64,000 nt of DNA, taken from IMG/VR virus record IMGVR_UViG_3300031787_000005; one strand, written 5' to 3'. This DNA is from a virus. Numbering within the stretch: the stretch's first letter is position 1; every line of letters begins with the position of its first letter. Of this stretch, positions 27,245 to 37,225 are shown piece after piece. The notes beneath the pieces are model-generated. The model was not told the origin of the DNA, ran no database searches, and saw only the letters and a program-made list of their open reading frames with translations. Position numbers and translations under genes: made by a program.

Positions 27245-28185
27245 TTAAACTCACATTCAACCATTAGTTCAGTTAGACAGGCAAGCATATTGATTTCTTG
27301 GTCTGCTACGAACGCACTCTGATACTGATACTTAGCAAGCACAAGCACAGCAGCAGGAATACTATTGTTTTCAAGGGCGCTATAAAGAGCATCGTAAATA
27401 CGACGCAACAATAAAGTAGTATCATTGTCCATATTAGCCACCACCCACTTCCGAACTTCAGGGAAGTTCTTTTCTTTAAGGTTTTGAAGGAGATCATTTA
27501 CTGCAACATCCGAAAAAGTAGCGAGAATTCCAGAATCAATCTGCCCACTTACAGAGTATCTTTGACATTCATTGAGGACTCGTCGCCAGTCTGGGAAGTG
27601 TTTGTTGATAAGCTCTGCAAGTACTCTTTGATCGAATTCGACACCTTCCGCATCCAAGATGTTTTGTAGACGCTTGAAGAAGGATCCTGCCAGTGCGGTT
27701 TTTTCTTTCCCTTTGATAGAGAAGTCGATGACTGCACATCGGGAGTGGAGGGGTTCAATGATTTTGTTTTTGTAGTTACAGGTGAAGATGAATCTGCAAT
27801 TTCCAGCAAATTCCTCAACAAACGCCCGTAGGAGGAGTTGTACATCATTCCCTGTGTTGTCTGCCTCATCAATGATGACGACTTTGTGTTTAGCATCTGA
27901 CGAAAGTGAGACGGTCGAAGCGAAGTTCTTCGCATTGTTTCGGACAGTATCGAGGAATCTACCTTCGTCGGATCCATTGATGACATAAACATCTACTCCC
28001 AATTCATTGCAGAGTGCTTTTGCAACTGTGGTCTTACCAATACCAGGAGGACCAGCAAGAAGCATATTTGGAATTTCACCCTTATTTAGAAACTCTTGAA
28101 AAGTCTTTTTAGTACTTTCGGGGAGAATACATTCTTCAATGGTCTTGGGTCGATACTTCTCAACCCAAATAAAATCACTATTCAT
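27241..28185 (-). CDS. gp44: clamp loader large subunit (gp44)
   Basis: WVEKYRP, GPPGIGKT, IDEAD, SRC. Confidence 0.96.
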   Translation of the reverse strand: MNSDFIWVEKYRPKTIEECILPESTKKTFQEFLNKGEIPNMLLAGPPGIGKTTVAKALCNELGVDVYVINGSDEGRFLDTVRNNAKNFASTVSLSSDAKHKVVIIDEADNTGNDVQLLLRAFVEEFAGNCRFIFTCNYKNKIIEPLHSRCAVIDFSIKGKEKTALAGSFFKRLQNILDAEGVEFDQRVLAELINKHFPDWRRVLNECQRYSVSGQIDSGILATFSDVAVNDLLQNLKEKNFPEVRKWVVANMDNDTTLLLRRIYDALYSALENNSIPAAVLVLAKYQYQSAFVADQEINMLACLTELMVECEFK

Positions 28186-28187
28186 AA

Positions 28188-28700
28188 TCAAATCCAATTA
28201 GGTTTACGCTCAGGCATACGAAGGTAGTTATCCTTCACCCAAGGTTTTGAAGCAATGTACCTTTTATAAGCAGTAAAGGTATCAATGCTATCATCAAATT
28301 TCCATTCTTCGGGCATTGCCCTAGCAAATGGAGTCACTTCAGTTATCTTGCCTTTAGGAAAAAGATAATAGGCATCTACAAGAGTCTTGTAGCAGGAGTG
28401 GACCTTATTATAGCGTAGTTGATACTCATCACACAAATTCATCCCCCACTTAATCAACCAATAGGCATTGTGGATACTATCCATTGCCCATTTGGTACAG
28501 GGATGATTACGAAACGCACCTTTTTCAGTTCTGTAGGGAACACCATCAGCCTTAGGGAGAGTGCCGTAGTTATGACCCCACTTTTCAGAGGCAACAATGG
28601 AGAGCATTTGACAGCACTCCAAAGGCATCTTGACAATGTGTTTATCGGGAAGACAGATGGCACTCTCGGCAGGAAATGGTGATGTTACGAATATATTCAT
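28188..28700 (-). CDS. pyrimidine-dimer DNA glycosylase-like (DenV-related) protein
   Basis: MNIFV..LPDKHIVKMPLECCQML, NHPCTKW. Confidence 0.7.
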   Translation of the reverse strand: MNIFVTSPFPAESAICLPDKHIVKMPLECCQMLSIVASEKWGHNYGTLPKADGVPYRTEKGAFRNHPCTKWAMDSIHNAYWLIKWGMNLCDEYQLRYNKVHSCYKTLVDAYYLFPKGKITEVTPFARAMPEEWKFDDSIDTFTAYKRYIASKPWVKDNYLRMPERKPNWI

Positions 28701-29362
28701 CCAAAGGTAGAATCAGGTTCCAGAGCAATATAATACTTCAAATTATACTTGGTGTTCGTGAACTGAGACAAAAGTTTAGAAGACACCACAACATCATAGG
28801 CACCAGGAATAATTTTAATATTCTCTACTTTGAAGTTGAAAGTAAATTCAGCATCAGTCTCACCAACCACAATGGCGTATTCGTTAGAAGTATCGTTCTT
28901 CTTATCACGGACCACCAGTTTGATGACGCCGTTCTCACCAACGGCAGACAGGTCGGGCAGTTGATACACTGCTGCTGCCTTGACCAATTTCTCCAGAGAA
29001 GTGCTGTCCAGTTGGAAACACACATCTTCAGAAGGAAGTTGAATTGCCTTATCGGGAGGTGAAATAATCACGTTGGGGTCGGCATAGAAATACTTCACCC
29101 GACGCTTACCTTCTTTAATGCTGAGATAAGAATCTTCAGTAAAATCAAGGTCAGGGTCTTGATGAAGACCAAGACCATTCAGAAACTGATTCAAATCATA
29201 GATGGCAAATTCGCGGGGGAACTCCTCAGAAATATCTGCTTCGGCAAGAATATTTTTTGCCACAGAAATCGTGCGAAGTTGATTACCCCTTTTCACAAGA
29301 ATAGAATTGTTGATGCTTGCGAAGTTCTTCAGAAGGGCAAGGGTATTATCAGAGAGTTTCAT
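28697..29362 (-). CDS. gp45: sliding clamp (gp45)
   Basis: MKLS..LKNFASINNSI, FAIYDLNQFL, YYIALE. Confidence 0.95.
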   Translation of the reverse strand: MKLSDNTLALLKNFASINNSILVKRGNQLRTISVAKNILAEADISEEFPREFAIYDLNQFLNGLGLHQDPDLDFTEDSYLSIKEGKRRVKYFYADPNVIISPPDKAIQLPSEDVCFQLDSTSLEKLVKAAAVYQLPDLSAVGENGVIKLVVRDKKNDTSNEYAIVVGETDAEFTFNFKVENIKIIPGAYDVVVSSKLLSQFTNTKYNLKYYIALEPDSTFG

Positions 29363-29385
29363 AGTTTGAGGTTTGAGTTTCATAA

Positions 29386-29871
29386 TCAACGGAATTCAGT
29401 GAGACCATTATCTTTTCGAGAATAATGACCATCAAAGTGAAGCAGTAGCATAGCATAGTGAATGACTTTCATCAAATCACGCTTGTTGCGTCCATCCTTG
29501 TCTCCATAACGAGAACCATATTTTAGGATGTTTGCTTGACAGAAACCTGCAGCAAGTTTCTTTGCTGCCATCAAATCAATAGTTTGAATATCAGCATATC
29601 CATCACTATCGCCACAATAATGTCCGTGATAGGTGCTGGTTACATAATCCTCAACGTCTTTAAGGATTTTATCTTCATTATATTTCCAAAGATTGTTTTT
29701 GGTTTCGCTCATGGTAACAGGAATTTTTTCAAGGTTAAGGGTTCCACTACCACCATCAGATAGTGTGAATTGAAATTGGTTCAGACTTATGTGGTCTTGT
29801 CCCTCGCCACCAGGGACTCTAGAACCAGTTACATTTGTACCGAAGTTATCGGAATAAGGATACTCATCCAT
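29386..29871 (-). CDS. conserved hypothetical protein (DUF3310-like)
   Basis: GHY, FCQANILKYGSRYGDKDG motif. Confidence 0.75.
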   Translation of the reverse strand: MDEYPYSDNFGTNVTGSRVPGGEGQDHISLNQFQFTLSDGGSGTLNLEKIPVTMSETKNNLWKYNEDKILKDVEDYVTSTYHGHYCGDSDGYADIQTIDLMAAKKLAAGFCQANILKYGSRYGDKDGRNKRDLMKVIHYAMLLLHFDGHYSRKDNGLTEFR

Positions 29872-29911
29872 AATAAAGGGGAAGGGTCATAATTTACCTT
29901 CCCCAATTATA

Positions 29912-31024
29912 TCAGAATGGAGCGTCCTGGTCAACTTGTTCGGTAGGAAGTTGGAAGTCAGCATCCACTTTATCATACAGTTCCAGGAAGGACTGCTTGG
30001 TTTCATCGTCAAAGCGGTTCACACACACTTGGATTGCCTTTGCCTTATCTTGGAAGATGCTGTAGGCACGGATGATGTGAACCAGGCGGCGGGTGCTGAT
30101 GATTTCCTCAATACCACCATCGTAGAAGGTCTTACGGATGATGTCTGCCCAGTCTACAAGGCGCTTGCAGAAGTCGCGGTCTTCCACGCCAAGATCCAGA
30201 GCGATGCCTTCCAGGATCTTCTGCTCAACTGCAGGGGCAGGATAGGTCTGCTCAAGGGTCACAGGGAAACGCTCAAGGAACGCTTCGTTGAGCACGTTGG
30301 TGCCGATGAAGCGACCATCATCAGAACCCTTACCTTTGGTGTTGGCGGTGGCAATCACATTGAAACCAGCGGCAGGTTTCACAAAACGACCGATTTTCTT
30401 CAGGAAGACACCCTTACCTTCCAGGATAGACTGGAGGCACAGGATCTTGTTGGAAGCAAGGTCAATCTCATCCAGCAGCAGCACGGCACCACGCTCAAGT
30501 GCCTCAACCACAGGACCATTGTGCCAAACAGTTTCACCATTCACCAGGCGGAAACCACCAATCAGGTCATCTTCATCGGTTTCAATCGTAATGTTTACAC
30601 GGATCAGTTCACGTTTGAGTTGAGCACACGCTTGCTCCACCGAGAACGTTTTACCATTACCCGAAAGACCCGTGATGAACGCAGGGTAAAAGATACGGGA
30701 CTGAATAATTTTTTTAATATCACCAAAGTTACCAAACTTGACGAAGGTATCATCTTTATCAGGAATGAGGTTTTGTTCGATGGAAGGAAGGGCAGCAGGG
30801 GCTTGGAAAGAACGCTCAATCTCTTCGACCCGTTCTTGAGTCACTTCAAGATTCCAGCGACCACGAGAAGTTTTGTATTGTTCAAGGCGACGAGTCACAG
30901 TTTGATAATTGAGACCGCGAGAAGCACAGAAACCCTTAAGGTCACCAGAAGTAATTTCGGAACCATAAAGTTCTTGGATGGAAGCAACCAGTTGTTCGTC
31001 TTTCAAAGCAATCTTGCGAGTCAT
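29912..31024 (-). CDS. cobS: CobS/MoxR-family AAA+ ATPase
   Basis: GLSGNGKT, LLLDEID, TANTKG, LERF. Confidence 0.9.
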   Translation of the reverse strand: MTRKIALKDEQLVASIQELYGSEITSGDLKGFCASRGLNYQTVTRRLEQYKTSRGRWNLEVTQERVEEIERSFQAPAALPSIEQNLIPDKDDTFVKFGNFGDIKKIIQSRIFYPAFITGLSGNGKTFSVEQACAQLKRELIRVNITIETDEDDLIGGFRLVNGETVWHNGPVVEALERGAVLLLDEIDLASNKILCLQSILEGKGVFLKKIGRFVKPAAGFNVIATANTKGKGSDDGRFIGTNVLNEAFLERFPVTLEQTYPAPAVEQKILEGIALDLGVEDRDFCKRLVDWADIIRKTFYDGGIEEIISTRRLVHIIRAYSIFQDKAKAIQVCVNRFDDETKQSFLELYDKVDADFQLPTEQVDQDAPF

Positions 31025-31056
31025 GATGTAGTTAGGTGGTTTTGTTAACTGAAGAT

Positions 31057-31099
31057 ATTATACACACAAAAAAGGGGCATCTAAGTGCCCCATGTGACA
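31057..31099 (-). promoter_or_regulatory. TGTCACATG-N28-TATAAT element with hairpin
   Basis: Same layout as the element at 33472-33514. Confidence 0.55.
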
Positions 31100-31112
31100 G
31101 TTTAGAAAGTGG

Positions 31113-31277
31113 TTACCTTGTTCTCTTTTTAGTCAATCTAATTGGTGCTGGTCTTTCAAAAGAAGTACCTTCTTGTACTATTCCATCACCATCACGATCC
31201 CTAGCATTCTCATTATATCCTTCTAATACTTCAGGTTCTGGCGTTTTTTCTGTGTACAAATCTGAAAATCTGCTCAT
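31113..31277 (-). CDS. 54-aa hypothetical protein with DGDGDG motif
   Basis: Manual translation MSRFSDLYTEKTPEPE...RDGDGDGIVQEG. Confidence 0.55.
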   Translation of the reverse strand: MSRFSDLYTEKTPEPEVLEGYNENARDRDGDGIVQEGTSFERPAPIRLTKKRTR

Positions 31278-31307
31278 TAGACCTAATAGAATTCTTTGAA
31301 ATATTTA

Positions 31308-33449
31308 TCAGGCAACGAGTTCCACAAACTCTCCCAGAATCTTTTTGTTCATTTTCTTAGACTTCAAACTCTTTACAAAAGCAGATTTGATTTGAGACTT
31401 AGTGGCATCTTCTGCAACTTCAAACTCACTATTCTGAGCAAGGGCATTGGCAGAAAGACCGAAGTAAGAATGATAACCAGACTTTTTGATAGTGAATGCT
31501 TTTTCTTTTTTCCAAGCGGCGATTACTTTCTCATAATCAGATCCATAATATCCATAATAGCGGCGAATGAAGTTACCAGCATCACGACCTTCAAGAACAC
31601 GGATACCGATGAAGTTAATATCAGTGAAGCAGTCACGAAGATTACGAAGCAGAATATCAGTAAATCCATGCCACTCAACATCACAGGAATAGGTATTACC
31701 AGTTTTGCGGTCACGCAGGAAAGCATTAGGACCGATATGAGCAGTGCCCATAAAAGGTTCTTGCTCCCAGTGACGCTGAACCTCACGATGATACTTGATC
31801 ATACAAGCCTCACCATCAGTCAGCACAACACACTGAACTTTCTGGAGTTTATTCTCTTTCTGGAACTTGGGCAGAATCTGATGAAGGGCAATCAGTGCTT
31901 CATTCAAAGGAGTTCCAGACAGACTCAGACCAGTAGGAACAGGATACCGAGTTTGGGTCCAGCGACCATAAGAATAGGCAAGACGATAGATATTCTTCAT
32001 CTGTTCTTCCAAAGTCTTACCATTCACCTTACTAGTCAACAGGTTCATCATAGAGAACCATTCACCAACTTGAAGCAGACCATCTTTCTTCTTATAAGCA
32101 AGTTCGCGGAGATTTGCTTTGCCTTGCTCATCATAAGTTACGAGAGGATATTCAGTCGTAAAAGCATAAACCTCAAAAGGAATAGAAACTTTCTTACAGA
32201 ACCACACAAGGTTAAAGAGTTGTTTGACGGTATCCAGCATCACATCACACATCGAACCAGACCAGTCCAGAACAAACACCAGACCGTGATTCTTACCATC
32301 GGCAAGAGTGGTCACCTTGCGGAACAGGTCTTCATTGTATTTGTAGGTATGAAGTTTAGAGCAGTCAAGAACACCAGTGCGAGCGGTAGAAGCACGAGAA
32401 TAAGAGTCTGCTGCTTTACGGCACTCAAACTCTTTTACCAGATAATTAACTTCTTTCTGGGCAGAACGCTTGAACTGATTGAATTGAGCATCAGGAATCT
32501 CAAAGATAAGTTCTTTCTGATATCCCATCCCTTCAATAAAGTTGCTCCACTCATCCCGACAACGATTGTGAATCTCAGCGTTAGGAACAACAATCTTTTT
32601 CAGATCAAGTTGAGGCAGTTCCAGATACACATTCTCATAACCATCACGATTGACGAGTTCTTTCAGTGCTTCTTCCAGATTGTCCATCGTCTTGACTTCT
32701 GGTTCTTCATCTTTCTCACCACCAACAGGAACATTAGGTCGTTTCTGTTGCTCAGCAGTTCCACCATAAGAATCAGTTTCGCCAGGTTGCTCCTGGTCAT
32801 TCTCACCTTCCTGCTGGTCAGAGAAGTCGGAAGCGGGTTGATTAAAACCACTCTGCTGCGATTCCAGACTATCCAGTTGAATCTTGGTTTCTTCCTGTTG
32901 TTTTTGCTTACAATACTTGTAGAGTGCCTCAGCAGCAATCAGAACCTCAGGGAAGGTTTCGGTATCAGCAATCTGATTGATAATCTCAGTCTCTTCTCCA
33001 CGCTCAATCAAAATATCGGTGAAATTACCAATCTTGAACCACAAGTTTACACGGTCGGCAAGGTTCATTTCATCAATCTTCTCATCAGCAATCTGGAAGA
33101 AATCGTCCTCAGCAAGCTCCTTGTAACCATTAAAGAAAGTCTTGGCAAGACCAGGATACCGACGCTTCATCAACTTTTCAATGCGAGCGTCTTCCACAAT
33201 ATTCACGAACTGCGGAGGAACCTTGACTTTCTCAATCCAATCTTCATCAGGCGTATAGAGGGCGTGTCCGACCTCGTGCCCCACCAGCAGATCATAGACA
33301 ATATTACTTGCTTTCTCCCACATCGGAAGAGTAAGCACACGGGTATGAACATTGAACTGGGCAGTCTCTACCTTTTTGTGCTCAACAATAAGGTCTTCGG
33401 TAGCAAGAAGTTTAGCAAGTTGGGACTTGATTTCGTGACGGACGGTCAT
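31308..33449 (-). CDS. metallopeptidase-like plus vWA domain protein (CobT-like MoxR partner)
   Basis: GHEVGH (HExxH), DWSGS MIDAS, LTDGE; start MTVRHE. Confidence 0.85.
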   Translation of the reverse strand: MTVRHEIKSQLAKLLATEDLIVEHKKVETAQFNVHTRVLTLPMWEKASNIVYDLLVGHEVGHALYTPDEDWIEKVKVPPQFVNIVEDARIEKLMKRRYPGLAKTFFNGYKELAEDDFFQIADEKIDEMNLADRVNLWFKIGNFTDILIERGEETEIINQIADTETFPEVLIAAEALYKYCKQKQQEETKIQLDSLESQQSGFNQPASDFSDQQEGENDQEQPGETDSYGGTAEQQKRPNVPVGGEKDEEPEVKTMDNLEEALKELVNRDGYENVYLELPQLDLKKIVVPNAEIHNRCRDEWSNFIEGMGYQKELIFEIPDAQFNQFKRSAQKEVNYLVKEFECRKAADSYSRASTARTGVLDCSKLHTYKYNEDLFRKVTTLADGKNHGLVFVLDWSGSMCDVMLDTVKQLFNLVWFCKKVSIPFEVYAFTTEYPLVTYDEQGKANLRELAYKKKDGLLQVGEWFSMMNLLTSKVNGKTLEEQMKNIYRLAYSYGRWTQTRYPVPTGLSLSGTPLNEALIALHQILPKFQKENKLQKVQCVVLTDGEACMIKYHREVQRHWEQEPFMGTAHIGPNAFLRDRKTGNTYSCDVEWHGFTDILLRNLRDCFTDINFIGIRVLEGRDAGNFIRRYYGYYGSDYEKVIAAWKKEKAFTIKKSGYHSYFGLSANALAQNSEFEVAEDATKSQIKSAFVKSLKSKKMNKKILGEFVELVA

Positions 33450-33471
33450 TTGACTTGAATCGTATGAACGT

Positions 33472-33514
33472 ATAATACAGAAGAACCTCCCCTTTTGGGG
33501 GAGGTCATGTGACA
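33472..33514 (-). promoter_or_regulatory. TGTCACATG-N28-TATTAT element with hairpin
   Basis: ACCTCCCC/GGGGAGGT hairpin between the motif and the -10 box. Confidence 0.55.
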
Positions 33515-33615
33515 CTTCTTGAAGTGGGCAAGCCGTGCCTTTGCTTGTCGGAGTGCTTGCGGTTTCAGTTTCCGCTTCTGCTCCTTCTTGCTGTGATGTT
33601 GCCAGTTGGGAGTGG

Positions 33616-35346
33616 TCATTTTCCTGCTGATTCTTGGGACATCATACGCGAAAATCCTTTGACTTTCTCGAACCTTATGACACTTTCGAATTTGTCATGA
33701 AGGTCTGCCTTATGAGAAATCACAAAGATATTAGCATCCTTAATGACATAACGAATAATCTTCAGGAACTCATCGGTGCCGAAACCATCAAGTGAGGAAT
33801 CAAATACCTCATCCATAATCAGCAGATTGGTATTGACGGAGTTTTTGACTCGGGCGACTTCTCTCCAAGTGAAGAGAAGGGCAAGGTCGATTCTCATTTT
33901 CTCACCCTCACTGAAGGAACTATAAGAAAAGTCTTCGTGAATGGGTGATTTTACCGTTTCGTTAAACTCTTCATCCAGATGAAAATTAATATAAAAATCC
34001 ATCATTTGAAGATAACGATTCACCTGCTGATTTATGAACGGAAGATACTTCTTAATGATCTTCGTTTTTACACCATCGTCCTTGAGTAAGGAGTAGGCAA
34101 AATCGTAATAAACGATTTCTTCTTTTTTCTTTGAAAGGTCTTCGAATGTTTTTTGGAGATTGGTTTGAAATTCTTCTAGCTTCTCATGCTCAGTATTTCG
34201 GTTTGCAAGGTTTTGGGTAATAGTTTGAATTTCAGATTCAAGGTCTCTGATCTGTCTCTGATTGAGGCTAATCCGAGTATTGTTTTGAGAAATCTCATGG
34301 TTGAGTTTCGTAATCTCCTTAGAAAGTGCAATGAATTGACGCTCTCTCTCCTGTTCTATTTTTATAGTCTCTTCCAGGTCTTGATAACCTTTCTGGAGTT
34401 CCTTTGCCTTATTTTGAGCGTCTGTAATTCTATTTAACCGAAATGACTCTTCAATTGTTTGAGTGCATGTAGGGCATACCGAATTCTCAGTAAAAAACTT
34501 ATGCTCTTTGGTAATTGCAGATACTTTCTGAGAAATTTTACCCTTTAAATTGTTAAGCTTTACTAACTTATCTCCAGCACCAACGACTTCATCTTGTTCT
34601 TTCGTAAACTTAAAAACATCCTCCTCAATCTTGGAAATCTCAGTCATGTAAACACCAACTTCACCATCTAACTTGGCAATCTTTTCTTGATTGGCATTTA
34701 TATTGGCATTACCACGATTCTCAAGTTCTTCAATAAAATTCTTTTGCATCTGCTCCTTTTCTTTAAGGTTTTGTTTTTTCAGATCTAAAGACTTTATCTG
34801 TTCTTTTTGAATTCGAATTTTATCTTTTATAATACTATTCATTGCAGAAAAGATACGAATATCCAAAAGATCTTCGATAACTTCACGACGATTTGCAGTC
34901 GTGAGTTGCATGAATGGCACAAAAGTGCTGCTACCAAGAATCACAATCTGTGTAAAAGACTTATAGTTTACCTTGAGAATATTTTCTTCCAATATCTTTT
35001 GATTAGAACGATCATCTGCTTCTTTATGCAGTGGACTACCATTTACCTCAATATCAAAAACATTGGGTTTAATTCCACGTCTCACAAAATAATCACGATT
35101 GTTTACAGAAAATTCAATTTCAACCAGACAATCTTTCTCATTTACAGTATTTGGAAGTTGTGGTTTATTAATTTTACGGAATGGTTTATTAAACAAAACA
35201 AATGTCAAAGCGTCTAGAATGGTTGACTTACCAGCACCATTTGTTCCGATGATAAGGTTTGTATGATGTTGTTGAAAATCAACTTCAGTAAATTGATTGC
35301 CTGTGCTCAGGAAATTTTTCCAACGAATTTTTTTAAAAGTGATCAT
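33616..35346 (-). CDS. gp46: recombination endonuclease ATPase subunit (gp46)
   Basis: GTNGAGKST, CPTC hook, FSEGEK, MDEVFD. Confidence 0.96.
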   Translation of the reverse strand: MITFKKIRWKNFLSTGNQFTEVDFQQHHTNLIIGTNGAGKSTILDALTFVLFNKPFRKINKPQLPNTVNEKDCLVEIEFSVNNRDYFVRRGIKPNVFDIEVNGSPLHKEADDRSNQKILEENILKVNYKSFTQIVILGSSTFVPFMQLTTANRREVIEDLLDIRIFSAMNSIIKDKIRIQKEQIKSLDLKKQNLKEKEQMQKNFIEELENRGNANINANQEKIAKLDGEVGVYMTEISKIEEDVFKFTKEQDEVVGAGDKLVKLNNLKGKISQKVSAITKEHKFFTENSVCPTCTQTIEESFRLNRITDAQNKAKELQKGYQDLEETIKIEQERERQFIALSKEITKLNHEISQNNTRISLNQRQIRDLESEIQTITQNLANRNTEHEKLEEFQTNLQKTFEDLSKKKEEIVYYDFAYSLLKDDGVKTKIIKKYLPFINQQVNRYLQMMDFYINFHLDEEFNETVKSPIHEDFSYSSFSEGEKMRIDLALLFTWREVARVKNSVNTNLLIMDEVFDSSLDGFGTDEFLKIIRYVIKDANIFVISHKADLHDKFESVIRFEKVKGFSRMMSQESAGK

Positions 35347-35606
35347 GATTTAGGAGGAATAACAATATCATTAGGAGTAATTACTGCGTACTTGTAATTA
35401 TGTGCTTTACAAGTTTTAATTGCAAGTTCATCGTCAACTTCTACAACTTCCATTTCAGTTTCATATTCTGGATGATCTTCTAGCATCAGGGCATAACGAG
35501 TAGCATCATCTTCTTCCTCAAACATAAACAAGACTTTTTCACCATGTTCATCATGCACTGCATATGCTCCTTCGTCCTTTTTACCTTTGAGTGTTAGAAG
35601 GTACAT
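35343..35606 (-). CDS. conserved hypothetical protein
   Basis: Start MYLLTL; lies between gp46 and gp47. Confidence 0.75.
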   Translation of the reverse strand: MYLLTLKGKKDEGAYAVHDEHGEKVLFMFEEEDDATRYALMLEDHPEYETEMEVVEVDDELAIKTCKAHNYKYAVITPNDIVIPPKS

Positions 35607-36643
35607 TACTCTACTTCGCAAGCTTCTCTATAAATGTCTTGAAATATCCCTTTCACAATATTCTTGTCAATGCTAATCTCAGACTCTTCAATGTATCTAT
35701 TCAATATGGTTAGGGTGTTTTCATCTTCAGAGATCTCAAAATCTTCACTTTCTTGAATCTCAAAATTTTCAATAATTTTAAGATCTTGAATACCAGCAGT
35801 ATAAAGTTTATCAATAAACTTTTCAAAGTCTTTTGGTTTTGTCTTTTTACGAACAATCACTTTAACAACTTTGTTAGTATACTCCGTAGCATCAAACAAT
35901 TGATAAGGAGTATCCTCATAATAAATGTTATAGAACAATTTATAAGGATTATTGATTGGAGTATGCGTGAGGGTTTCCGTATCAAAAATATGGAATCCAC
36001 GATTATCATTTACATCCGTCCAAAACATCTCATAAGGATTTCCGAGATAGAAAACCTTTCCATTATCAGACCGAGTATGATAATGCCCAGAAAATACTTT
36101 TGAAAACTTATCAAAGATATCTGGTTTAAGACCATGATCTTCCATGATCAGATTCCTATTCACACGGAATCCTTGAAGTTCAAGATGACCCATGACAATC
36201 TTTGCTTTGGACTTTTTAATTTCTTTTAAAGTCTCATCATAATTTTCACTACAGATCCAAGGGAGAACCATAATGTCCAGTCCACCAACTTTAATAGTTT
36301 GTGGAGAACTATAAGTTTTAATGTTGGAATACGTCTGAAGAAGCAGACTCGGAGAGTTTACATTATTTGTGTTCTTATAATAGCAATCATGATTTCCAAC
36401 AATCATGTGAACATCGTACTTTCGCAGATGTTCAAATACAACTCTCTTTGCCCACTCTAGACTTTGATAGTCAATAGACTTGCGACTATCAAAAGCATCA
36501 CCCATATGAATGACTGCTTCTACCCCATGCTCCTCAAGAGCAGGGAAGAACACATTCTGATAGAAAAGTTCAAAGTAGTCATGTAGGAACTTGGATCCTT
36601 TCCTCGCCCCATAATGAGTGTCTGTAATGATCGCAATCTTCAT
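35606..36643 (-). CDS. gp47: recombination endonuclease nuclease subunit (gp47)
   Basis: TDTHYG, GDAFD, GNHD, GHYH phosphoesterase motifs. Confidence 0.96.
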   Translation of the reverse strand: MKIAIITDTHYGARKGSKFLHDYFELFYQNVFFPALEEHGVEAVIHMGDAFDSRKSIDYQSLEWAKRVVFEHLRKYDVHMIVGNHDCYYKNTNNVNSPSLLLQTYSNIKTYSSPQTIKVGGLDIMVLPWICSENYDETLKEIKKSKAKIVMGHLELQGFRVNRNLIMEDHGLKPDIFDKFSKVFSGHYHTRSDNGKVFYLGNPYEMFWTDVNDNRGFHIFDTETLTHTPINNPYKLFYNIYYEDTPYQLFDATEYTNKVVKVIVRKKTKPKDFEKFIDKLYTAGIQDLKIIENFEIQESEDFEISEDENTLTILNRYIEESEISIDKNIVKGIFQDIYREACEVE

Positions 36644-37116
36644 CGATTGGTTTTGTACGTAATGTTGTCCTTGATCGTATTATAGTCCGAACTGCTGCCA
36701 GAAAGCAAGCTATCGTCAACCATCATTACCTCATCAAAACCTGTGCGTTCAATGATTTTGGTTTTGATATCCAACTGTTTTTTCTCCTTTTGAATACGGC
36801 GGAGAAAAGCATAATGAATGATTTGAGTAAAATATGCAAAAGGATTTGATGACTTTTCTGGATCAAAATTATGAATGTACTGAACACAATTTTCAACACC
36901 ATCCGAAATCATATCATCCCGAAACATATAGTTTACAAAATTCGGTTTGTATGACAGGTGTGTAGCGATCTTGAGAAAACACTCACCCAAGTAATTTGTA
37001 ATACGTGGTTTAGGAAGTCCTGCTTCCTTAGATCTAAAACAAGATTGTCTATAAATAACCAGAGCTTCTAAAAACTCTTTATTGTTAACGTAATGTTCTG
37101 ACTTTTTCTTTGGCAT
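36640..37116 (-). CDS. gp55: late sigma factor (gp55)
   Basis: HYVNNKEF, NPFAYFTQII. Confidence 0.95.
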   Translation of the reverse strand: MPKKKSEHYVNNKEFLEALVIYRQSCFRSKEAGLPKPRITNYLGECFLKIATHLSYKPNFVNYMFRDDMISDGVENCVQYIHNFDPEKSSNPFAYFTQIIHYAFLRRIQKEKKQLDIKTKIIERTGFDEVMMVDDSLLSGSSSDYNTIKDNITYKTNR

Positions 37117-37169
37117 GACATTGGTATCCACTATTATAAGATGTCTTTATTATAACACAGTTACGGCAC

Positions 37170-37198
37170 TTGACAAGATGTAAAAATGTGTGTAGACT
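37170..37198 (+). promoter_or_regulatory. plus-strand sigma70-like promoter TTGACA-N17-TAGACT
   Basis: Consensus -35 with 17-nt spacing; points antisense to the upstream operon. Confidence 0.45.
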
Positions 37199-37225
37199 AC
37201 CTTTGTCCCGGTTGAAAGATGGGGT

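Noticed and set aside
29435-29446. AAGTGAAGCAGT as a self-target of guide pair AGTAGT/TCACTT (swapped order)
   Set aside because: One mismatch in 12 nt is expected by chance in 64 kb; no systematic search was possible
29936-33458. Long plus-strand ORFs (370 and 720 aa) as real genes
   Set aside because: Codon-aligned shadows of cobS and the vWA gene, explained by avoidance of TTA/CTA/TCA; no recognisable motifs
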